Source: an uncultured archaeon (GTDB taxonomy: Archaea; Asgardarchaeota; Jordiarchaeia; Jordiarchaeales; Jordiarchaeaceae). From it: a stretch of 31,176 nucleotides of DNA. The notes below the pieces were generated by a model. It was given only the letters and a program-made list of their open reading frames with translations, ran no database searches and was not told the DNA's origin. Where the stretch lies: the NCBI GenBank assembly GCA_964510585.1, contig CAZECW010000181.1:1-31176 (forward strand). The letters run 5' to 3'. Shown here piece by piece: positions 17,882-25,806 of this stretch (positions within the stretch are counted from its first letter, which is position 1; each line of letters starts with the position of its first letter). A program made the position numbers and the translations under genes.

Positions 17882-19306
17882 CTATTTACTCTTTTCTAAA
17901 TATTTCTTGTATTGGTAAAGGGCGGCTATGGCTCTTGCCGCATTCTGAACAGAGCTTATTACTGGTATTCCCGATTTTTCAAAAACTTCTCTGGCTGCCT
18001 GAACCGTGTCGTAGTCTCCAAAGCTTGAGAAGATGATGGTTTTTTCCCGGTGTTTATCAATTATTCTTTTGTAAACCTTATAGAAGGGCACCAAATCTAA
18101 ACCCATGCCATTCTTTTTAACCAATATTCCGGGAGGTGAGGAAATTATTAGTAAACATCCCACGTTTTTATCCTCAAGAACTGCTTCCAGTATTTGGGAA
18201 CCAATCTGCAGCATGGCTGGACCAATATCCACAGGGTTTTTGATGGATGTCCAGTAGGGAGCGATCCTTTTCATCTTTTCAGTTGTTTGAGGCTCAAAAC
18301 TAGCCAGTTCCATATGCAATTTTTCTAGTTCGTCGCAGGTCATGGCAGCCAGTGAACCCGAATTAGTTATGATTGCGATTCCTTCACTTTTGGGAAGGGG
18401 CTGAGTGGCCAAGACTTTTGCAAAGTCAAGGAGTTCTTCAACGCTGTCCACCCTCAGTGCTCCGGTCTGTTTGAGAACCGCGTCAAATATTCGATCATCG
18501 CCAGCAAGGCTTCCCGTATGGCTCTTCACCGCTCTGGCACCTGCTTGAGTTCTTCCACTTTTGAGAACTAGAATCGGCTTACTTCTGGATACTCGTTTAA
18601 ATGTTTCAATAAATTCTCTTCCTCTCCCCTTTTTTATTCCTTCCAAGTACAAACAGATAACTCTGGTTTTATCGTCTTTTTCCAAATAGTTTAGGATGTC
18701 TACTTCGTCAACATCACACTTGTTACCCAGCGTTACGATTTTGCTCAGTCCAAACTCATTGGCGGCGGCCCAATCTATTATTACAGTTCCAAATATACCC
18801 GACTGAGCTATGAAGGCTACGCTTCCCTCCTTTAAACTATTTATATCGATTTCAGCTGTGGTAAATCTGTTTGACACGTTGGTTACACCAACACAGTTTG
18901 GACCTATGACCCGGATTCCGTTTTCCCTAGCTATTCTCACGATTTCTTCTTGTCTCTGTTTGCCAACATCATCTACCTCGGCGAAGCCAGCGGAGAGAAC
19001 TATCACATGCTTTACTCCTTTCTCAGCGCATTCACGCATGGCAGTTGGGGCGGCTTCGCTTGGAACAAGAAAAATTGCTAAATCAACGACTTCCGGAATA
19101 TCCCTCACAGATTTGTAAGCCTTAACACCCATCACCTTATCGGCACTAATGTGTACTGGATAAGCTCTCATATCGGTGCGGGCAAGAATACTCTTTGTTA
19201 CAAAGTATCCAAATCTAAGCTTTTCACTAGCACCTATTATAGCCACAGACTTGGGACTGAAGAATTCCTCAAGGCTCGAGTTTTCCCTCAAAATTCTCAC
19301 CATCAA
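17882..19306 (-). CDS. Acyl-CoA synthetase (NDP-forming), alpha subunit
   Basis: PKSVAIIGAS, VIVLSAGFAE, RVIGPNCVG, AFIAQSG, LGNKCDVDE, the phospho-His motif KSHTGSLAG and NPVD. Confidence 0.9.
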   Translation of the reverse strand: MMVRILRENSSLEEFFSPKSVAIIGASEKLRFGYFVTKSILARTDMRAYPVHISADKVMGVKAYKSVRDIPEVVDLAIFLVPSEAAPTAMRECAEKGVKHVIVLSAGFAEVDDVGKQRQEEIVRIARENGIRVIGPNCVGVTNVSNRFTTAEIDINSLKEGSVAFIAQSGIFGTVIIDWAAANEFGLSKIVTLGNKCDVDEVDILNYLEKDDKTRVICLYLEGIKKGRGREFIETFKRVSRSKPILVLKSGRTQAGARAVKSHTGSLAGDDRIFDAVLKQTGALRVDSVEELLDFAKVLATQPLPKSEGIAIITNSGSLAAMTCDELEKLHMELASFEPQTTEKMKRIAPYWTSIKNPVDIGPAMLQIGSQILEAVLEDKNVGCLLIISSPPGILVKKNGMGLDLVPFYKVYKRIIDKHREKTIIFSSFGDYDTVQAAREVFEKSGIPVISSVQNAARAIAALYQYKKYLEKSK

Positions 19307-19445
19307 CCCGTCTATCTTTTCAAAACGGTTTCTTCCTAGGATTTAACCTTTTGCACCATCCTGCGAGATAACTTATTTAGTACGTGTAGGTTTTAGTGAA
19401 TTAGGACTCGAAACTATTTAATGCGAGATAAACTTAATTTTAAGG

Positions 19446-20489
19446 ATGATGTGTACATATTTGGATGGGATTAATACGAGAGAAGCCATGTTTTATAGAA
19501 AGTTGGAAGATAACAAGGTGCAGTGCCACCTTTGCCGCCACGAATGCATCATTGCAGATGGAAAAACTGGAATCTGCGCCGTGAGAGAAAATAGGGCAGG
19601 TACCCTGTATTCGCTGGTCTACGGAAAAGTGGTTTCCATAAATGTGGACCCAGTGGAGAAGAAGCCCCTATACCATTTCCTTCCCGGAACAGATACCTAC
19701 TCTATTGCTACACCAGGTTGCAACTTTAGGTGTGAACACTGCCAAAACTACGAAATTTCTCAAATGCCCAGAGATAGACGTATGATAGTGGGAGAGAGTT
19801 TAACTCCCACAGAAATTGTCAGAGACGCCATAGCACAGGGGTGCAGGAGCATCTCCTATACTTATACTGAACCCACAATATTTTTCGAATACGCCTATGA
19901 CATCGCTAAAATCTCAAGCAAGGAAGGACTGAAAAATATTTTTGTCACCAATGGGTACATTGGTGAAGAGGCGCTTAGAACCATTGCTCCCTACTTGGAT
20001 GCTGCAAACATTGATTTGAAAAGTTTCAGCGATGAGTTCTATCGCAAAATATGCGGCGCCAGATTGGAGCCGCTGCTTGAATCAATCAAACTTTACAAAG
20101 AGTTGGGGATTTGGATAGAGATAGCCACGCTCATAATCCCCGATCTCAACGACTCCGACGATGAACTGAGACAGACTGCGCGCTTCATAAAAAGTGTGGG
20201 TGAAGATATACCTTGGCACGTTACGGCCTTCTACCCCGCCTATAAATTGACTAGGAAACCACCCACACCTCCAGAAACCCTGCGTAGGGCTAGGAGGATC
20301 GGGTTAGAGGAGGGTTTAAGATATGTTTATGAGGGCAACATTCCAGGCGAGGAAGGATCAAATACCTTCTGCTACAATTGTGGGGAAATGTTGATTCGCA
20401 GATACGGCTTCAGCATTTTAGCAAACAAAATTAAGGATTCAAAGTGCCCCAAATGCGGAGCCAAAATTGATGGCGTCGGGCTGCCATAG
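19446..20489 (+). CDS. amrS: AmmeMemoRadiSam-system radical SAM enzyme (PFL-activase family)
   Basis: N-terminal CHLCRHEC...C, DPVEKKPLYHFLPG, GCNFRCEHCQNYEISQ, ISYTYTEP, DAANIDLK, PWHVTAFYP and C-terminal CYNC/CPKC motifs. Confidence 0.9.
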   Translation: MMCTYLDGINTREAMFYRKLEDNKVQCHLCRHECIIADGKTGICAVRENRAGTLYSLVYGKVVSINVDPVEKKPLYHFLPGTDTYSIATPGCNFRCEHCQNYEISQMPRDRRMIVGESLTPTEIVRDAIAQGCRSISYTYTEPTIFFEYAYDIAKISSKEGLKNIFVTNGYIGEEALRTIAPYLDAANIDLKSFSDEFYRKICGARLEPLLESIKLYKELGIWIEIATLIIPDLNDSDDELRQTARFIKSVGEDIPWHVTAFYPAYKLTRKPPTPPETLRRARRIGLEEGLRYVYEGNIPGEEGSNTFCYNCGEMLIRRYGFSILANKIKDSKCPKCGAKIDGVGLP

Positions 20490-20567
20490 CAGACTTCCAC
20501 CCCTTTTAAAATAGAGGCTAAATTTCTGGAGGCCACTGTTTAATTATGTCCAGACGAATAAGAGATT

Positions 20568-20807
20568 TTACTTTTGGCTACTATTTTTTCCTATGGCTTC
20601 TATTCTTTTCCTTGTTTCTTCAATCTTATCCTTTAATCCGGCTTTGCTGTAGAAGCTGACTGCGCTCTCGAGGAGTTCTCTCGCTTTTTCAGGTTCATTG
20701 TCGTGGAGGTGTTGTTGGGCGAGTTCAACATAGTAGTCGCCTTTTTTCGAGAGAAATTTTATTAGTTGGTCGCTTGCTTTATCATCAGACAATTTATCAC
20801 ATCCCAA
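20568..20807 (-). CDS. Small helical hypothetical protein, TPR-like hairpin
   Basis: The GDYYVELAQQHLHDNEPEKARELLESAVSFYSKAG pattern resembles one TPR unit. Composition is protein-like. Confidence 0.6.
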   Translation of the reverse strand: MGCDKLSDDKASDQLIKFLSKKGDYYVELAQQHLHDNEPEKARELLESAVSFYSKAGLKDKIEETRKRIEAIGKNSSQK

Positions 20808-21336
20808 TCTAACTTAATACCTATTTAGTTTTCTGCACTAATTATGTTTTTGGTTTTTTTTCTCTAATTATACTCTCTAAATGCATTAAAACTATATGTA
20901 ATGTTAAATTTGCTGTGTTTGTGTTTATTTCCTCCTAACATTTTTTTCTTTCATTTTTTGATAAGATTGGTTCTTTCCGCTTTTGAAGTTGGGAAAAGAA
21001 GCAAAAACGTAAATTTAAAATTGAAGCCCATATGTTCAAGCAGGGCTCCTTATGACTGGTTTTTGTGCTGTTACAGCCCTGGCCCGTCGCATCTGCATGC
21101 CCTCCAGCCCAGTTTTTTACACATTTTTGTGCTAAAATTAGGAGCTTCCCTAAAAGAACTCAACCACAAAAAAGAGAATCCCACAAAATGGGAGTACCGC
21201 TTGAACATATGGTTGAAGCTACTTAAAATCGAAAAATTTTTACTTCCCAACTGCAATTTTTTTGGGGAACGCTTTTATCAGAAATTTTTTATATTTAAAT
21301 CCTCAAGGACACCATAAACGTGCTTCTAAGTTTTTG

Positions 21337-21990
21337 ATGGCGGCTTTCCCTATGGGTGAGGAAAAGGTTGTTAAAAGTGTTTACCATATTTGTCCCTGCC
21401 TCTTCAAATATCAAGGGGAATATTTTTGCCTCGGGAGGAGTGAACTTCACCCATTATCCCTTGTTTTGCCCGTCCATGTTGAAATAGATTTGCCTACAAA
21501 TGATGAGAATGCCTGTTATGATATTTTATATGCTGACAATTCTGGACTCATCCGTTGTGGCTCCACGGGTTTGCCGATTAGAGTGAGAGGGAAACTAGTA
21601 TTTGAGGAAATGTTTAGTGAATTGTACAGGTTGGCTACCAGTCTATTCGATCCCGAGAACATCTGTAGGGAGTGCATGTACAATTTGCTCAGCTTTGAGA
21701 AGATTCACAGAAAACTACTCTTCCTATTTTTTACATCAGGTGCCCAAAAATGTGTAGAATTTGAAAGGACGTTAAGGGAGACAGTTGAGAAAATGCAAGT
21801 TTGCGAAGGAGACTCTATTGTTAAAATGAAATTCTCTGGTAAAATAAAAGAGGTTTTCAAAAGTAGAATCAAAAAATTGCCCACCGTTTATATTCTTGAT
21901 GAGAAGAAAAAAATTGGTGAAATTGTGGGATTTCTCGATAGGAAAGAGCTGGAAAAAATTTTGAGAAAAATATTAGGCCTAGACACTTAA
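21337..21990 (+). CDS. Hypothetical protein: Cys-rich N-terminal region plus C-terminal thioredoxin-like fold lacking CxxC
   Basis: C-terminal LLFLFFTSGAQKC...VKM...IKKLPTVYILDEKKKIGEIVGFLDRKELEKIL follows the thioredoxin pattern, including the cis-Pro LPT motif. Start is probably ATG 21337 or 21352. Confidence 0.65.
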   Translation: MAAFPMGEEKVVKSVYHICPCLFKYQGEYFCLGRSELHPLSLVLPVHVEIDLPTNDENACYDILYADNSGLIRCGSTGLPIRVRGKLVFEEMFSELYRLATSLFDPENICRECMYNLLSFEKIHRKLLFLFFTSGAQKCVEFERTLRETVEKMQVCEGDSIVKMKFSGKIKEVFKSRIKKLPTVYILDEKKKIGEIVGFLDRKELEKILRKILGLDT

Positions 21991-23460
21991 TCATTTACCG
22001 TCATGAATAACTTCCTTCATGTAATCCATAAACCTCTTAAACTCTGCTTCTGCCCCAGAACCATAAAGGCTCATTATTTTCTGGTAAGCTTGATATTTTC
22101 TCCCCTTTTCTTTCATGAATTTATTCCAAGTATAGGCTCTTATCCAAGCCCTCAGAGAATTGGAGATGGGATTCAAATTTTTAAGCCAAGGAAATGTAAG
22201 TTTCACCTCCACATTGCCTTCCTCCTTTTCTATAAATTTGTAAGATCCCTCACCGAAACACTCGGCTACCGCCTTTTTCTGGTCTCCAAAAAATTCCATA
22301 CTTATTATGCCTAACTCCATTGTTGGTAAACCATCTTCGACAGCAAATTGTGGAAGGTCTTTCTCTATATTGTTCGTGTCCAGTTTAATAGATTCATACT
22401 CTTTGGTTCTATCCTCCTTATTTCTGTACTTCTTCCACAGTTCAGGCGCCAAGAGCGCCAATTCTACGCTCATCATCTGTACCTGCCAATAAAGGTTAAA
22501 CTGAGCTACATATTCTTCCAAAACCTTCTTGGCGGCTTTTTCAATGTCAAATTCTTCTCCGCCCTTCTTTAGAATCTCTTTGAATCGCTCAACCATAGTC
22601 TTTGATGGAATTTTCCTCCCCAAAGACTGAAGAAACACATAATTTATCAGTTTTTTAACCGCTGGAGTTTCATCATCCCAGAACGCCAAGTCCATGTAGG
22701 TTTCCACCAACTCGCTACCACTCTTGAAAAAGGGATCAACCTGAAACTCTTGACAAACCTCCTCCAGAATAACTTTATCCGTTTGAAAAAGCGGGTGTGG
22801 GGTTTCAAGAATCTTTTCAAATTTTTTATAATTCTTAACAATCTTTTCCATTTTTTGCTCCAGTTCCCGGAAAATTTCTAGTTTTTTGGCTAGTTGCCTT
22901 AACTGTTCCTCTAATACTGGTTTCTCGTCTTTTATGAACTCGATAATTTTCTCTATGGTTTCTCGTTCACCCTTGGCTATGTCACAGATATTCTGGTATG
23001 CGTCCTTAACTCCAATGCCTAGCATTACACTCACTGGTGGGATTAAGCTAAAATTAGCTATCGTCTCGCTGAGATTGAAATTAACCTTTTTTTGCTCCTC
23101 ATTCATAATTTTGTTCCAGACCCAGTTTTTCCTCTGCTCAACATACTTTTTTAGTTTGCCCAGAGAATCAATGGAATTTTGCTCCACATCAAGTTTCTTT
23201 TCCAGCTTTTCCAGCCTACTTTGGGTTTTTTTCGATTCCTTGGCGTCTTGGGATTTTTTGATGGAACTCAAATTCTTCATTAACTCATCATAAATACTCG
23301 TTATCTTATCCCTCAAATCCTTACAGTTCATCATGTTAATACTTTTCAATTCTCTTGTTAGAGCTTCGACTAAGTTAAAAGAGGTCCAAGCCTGATTTAT
23401 CTCGCTGATGACCTTCTGGTAATTTTTGTACAATTCAACTGCCGGCACTGGTATTTTCAA
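21991..23460 (-). CDS. Large helical/coiled-coil hypothetical protein
   Basis: 489-aa ORF rich in K, E and L with heptad-like stretches (e.g. EEQLRQLAKKLEIFRELEQKMEKIVKNYKKFEKIL). The TTG start overlaps the upstream stop (TTGA) and is preceded by GGTGATGAGG. Confidence 0.8.
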   Translation of the reverse strand: MKIPVPAVELYKNYQKVISEINQAWTSFNLVEALTRELKSINMMNCKDLRDKITSIYDELMKNLSSIKKSQDAKESKKTQSRLEKLEKKLDVEQNSIDSLGKLKKYVEQRKNWVWNKIMNEEQKKVNFNLSETIANFSLIPPVSVMLGIGVKDAYQNICDIAKGERETIEKIIEFIKDEKPVLEEQLRQLAKKLEIFRELEQKMEKIVKNYKKFEKILETPHPLFQTDKVILEEVCQEFQVDPFFKSGSELVETYMDLAFWDDETPAVKKLINYVFLQSLGRKIPSKTMVERFKEILKKGGEEFDIEKAAKKVLEEYVAQFNLYWQVQMMSVELALLAPELWKKYRNKEDRTKEYESIKLDTNNIEKDLPQFAVEDGLPTMELGIISMEFFGDQKKAVAECFGEGSYKFIEKEEGNVEVKLTFPWLKNLNPISNSLRAWIRAYTWNKFMKEKGRKYQAYQKIMSLYGSGAEAEFKRFMDYMKEVIHDGK

Positions 23461-25406
23461 ACCTCATCACCTAAAAGTATTCCTCCCAATCCCTCCCCTC
23501 GAGCCAACATTTTCTTTATAGCCTCTTGTATTATGGACTTTGCCTCTAAAGCCTTTTCCACACTACTATTTATCGCGGTTTCCCTCTCAGATACCCTTTT
23601 AATTTCGGTGCTAACATCCTCGAGAATTTTGACATCTTCGTATTCCGTATCCTTCATGATGATTTTAAAGGCCTCATCCAACTTATCCAGAACCTGTGCT
23701 TCCTTCAGAAGGTATCCCAAAGTGGGATATATCGCGTTTAGCTCTTTTCCCACAAATCCCTTAACTAGTTCTTTCACAAAATCAAGGTATACCAAAGCCT
23801 CAGGTTCCTTCGTTTCTTGCTCTAGGTGTTTTAAAGCCAGCAATATTGCTGAGGCAACATCTTCTTTTAAGCAGAAAATGGCTTTCTCATTTATAAAATC
23901 TGCGATTTTTGCCCTGAATTGTTCCAAAGGCTCTGGAAATAGTGAAAACACGATATTCCTCTGGTATAAGGCTTCCTTGAGGCTTCGGTAGAGTTTATTA
24001 GTCCAATCGTCTATCTTTTTCCTAATGGTTTCTGTTTTTCTTCTACTAAACACCTCTTTTGTGAACTTTTCTGTATCAAAAACCTCCTCCTTAATCTTCT
24101 CAAAGAGCTCTGCTATAACCTCTTGCTCCACCGCTGGGATAACCTCTTTTATGACCTCCAACATTTCACTTTTTATAACATTTTTCTTCTTAAAATCATA
24201 AGTCAGGGCCGTTAGAGGAAACTCTTCCGATAGTTTGTCCATCATGCTCAAAGAGAGAAATTCCAGAATCTCCTCCTCTCTCTCAGAAACCTCGTCGCGA
24301 GAAACTGATCCAAACTTTGAACCCACACTATCCAAAAATTTCTCTCCATACCTCATTTTAATAAGAAAATCCTTTCTTCTTGTTCCCCACTCTCTAAGCT
24401 TCTCTCTTAACACGTTCTCCCACATGCTGAAATAGCTTCTTGGATCAGCAAGAAGGAGTGGGCAGGAAGGATTAATACTGAAGAGGCCTTCCGCACCAGT
24501 AAAAATGATGTGTTTAATCCAAGAATCATAAGATTTATCAGGGCCAGTTTTAAGTGGAACCAAAGTTCTCTGAATCCTCCACTCCGCCCCGTCTAATTTA
24601 ATGTTTTGAACTGAGTACAACTCATCCAAATATTCCGATATCATTTCAGAGCATATACGCCTACTCTCAACAAATCCCTTCTTATCTACATAAAGAGCCC
24701 TCAGAATTAATCCCTGCTCTTTACTCGCCTTGGTGCAAGCTTCAGAAAAAACCTTCCAAGAATCGCCCAATTCCTCAGGACTTTTCACCAATTGGTTCAC
24801 TTCGCCCCGTTTGAAGGCGGAGATACCTGTTCCCAAAAGAGTATCTAAGTTCGCTTCTTCCCCCGCTTCTCTCTTTTTTTCAACGCAATCATTTAGATGT
24901 TTAACTATGCTCGGCAACAGGAAATCTTTGAGAAAAACGAAAAATTCCCTTTTACCTTTATTCTTCTGCTCCAGCGTATCGATATCCAAGGAGTAGGAGG
25001 CCCCTGGTATCAGTGCAGCCCCAATGTAAAACTCGCGGAGCTCTCCGGCAACCTCGAATTTTTTGACACACCAACCAATTCCGCCAGAAGGATTAATTCC
25101 CCCAAAGAACACATCTTTGGCGGAGCCAGAATGCTCTCTGATAGCCTGCTCCAGTGCAAAAACCAAGCCCGTGGACATATCAATATCATTGGTTTTCCCG
25201 CCGCCAACAGTGTAGATGGATATTCCTGTTTTACCATCGCCAACAAGAATTTCAAGTATCCCAAAATTGCCACCGCGAGGAGACTCATTTTTGGCTGATT
25301 CTTCACATTCTACGCTTTCCAAAACCGGACACCAAGAACAATTCAGTATCGCTTCCTCAAAATATAAAATTATAACCGTCTCATAAAAGCTTATTGTTAT
25401 CAACAA
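23457..25406 (-). CDS. Large hypothetical protein with N-terminal longin-like domain and helical C-terminal region
   Basis: ILEILVGDGKTGISIYT followed by DIDMSTGLVFALEQAIREHSG resembles the beta-hairpin/alpha1 signature of longin domains. The true start is uncertain and may be TTG 25322. Confidence 0.7.
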   Translation of the reverse strand: MLITISFYETVIILYFEEAILNCSWCPVLESVECEESAKNESPRGGNFGILEILVGDGKTGISIYTVGGGKTNDIDMSTGLVFALEQAIREHSGSAKDVFFGGINPSGGIGWCVKKFEVAGELREFYIGAALIPGASYSLDIDTLEQKNKGKREFFVFLKDFLLPSIVKHLNDCVEKKREAGEEANLDTLLGTGISAFKRGEVNQLVKSPEELGDSWKVFSEACTKASKEQGLILRALYVDKKGFVESRRICSEMISEYLDELYSVQNIKLDGAEWRIQRTLVPLKTGPDKSYDSWIKHIIFTGAEGLFSINPSCPLLLADPRSYFSMWENVLREKLREWGTRRKDFLIKMRYGEKFLDSVGSKFGSVSRDEVSEREEEILEFLSLSMMDKLSEEFPLTALTYDFKKKNVIKSEMLEVIKEVIPAVEQEVIAELFEKIKEEVFDTEKFTKEVFSRRKTETIRKKIDDWTNKLYRSLKEALYQRNIVFSLFPEPLEQFRAKIADFINEKAIFCLKEDVASAILLALKHLEQETKEPEALVYLDFVKELVKGFVGKELNAIYPTLGYLLKEAQVLDKLDEAFKIIMKDTEYEDVKILEDVSTEIKRVSERETAINSSVEKALEAKSIIQEAIKKMLARGEGLGGILLGDEV

Positions 25407-25562
25407 AGCCCATCAAAAAACTTAGTCACTTTCACCGAAAGGCAACAGTTTACTGGAAAGCCTGTCTCAGAACTTTTAAAAGGCGGTAACCAAAATTTTA
25501 TATACAATCCTCCACCTTCGCAGCCCAAATCTATGAGTACATTTAATATTTAGACCGCCAGT

Positions 25563-25691
25563 TCACCAATCCTCAAATACTTCATCTTCTAACTCCAAAT
25601 ATTCTTGGAGTTCCTCCGTTTCGTCCGTTTCATTTGGACGCTCCTTTACTCTTTTGGCCCTTTTTCTTCTCTTCTTGGACGGTTTAGGCAA
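25563..25691 (-). CDS. 42-aa microprotein with basic N-terminal half and acidic C-terminal half (below the ORF-track cutoff)
   Basis: Translates as MPKPSKKRRKRAKRVKERPNETDETEELQEYLELEDEVFEDW. TTG start with GGAGG (25699-25703) 7 nt upstream and a TATA-like TTTATATA at 25738-25745. Confidence 0.65.
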   Translation of the reverse strand: MPKPSKKRRKRAKRVKERPNETDETEELQEYLELEDEVFEDW

Positions 25692-25737
25692 ATAAGAACC
25701 TCCAGAGTTTAGGTGTATATATGTTATTCTCTCCTAT

Positions 25738-25745
25738 TATATAAA
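25738..25745 (-). promoter_or_regulatory. Putative archaeal TATA box for the microprotein gene
   Basis: TTTATATA on the minus strand about 47 nt upstream of the TTG start, which leaves room for a short SD-containing leader. Confidence 0.45.
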
Positions 25746-25806
25746 TTTATAATCAATCTAACAAACGGCTTCTCCATAGATGTGTACCTTTATTTAACTA
25801 GGCGTT

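Noticed and set aside
19446-20489. amrS without amrA/amrB neighbours as a novel system
   Set aside because: These genes are often unlinked in archaea, so the absence within one window is uninformative.
20901-21317. 138-aa ORF in the divergent intergenic region
   Set aside because: It has low-complexity Phe/Leu/Lys content, overlaps the probable promoter of the 21337 gene, and has no SD or motif.
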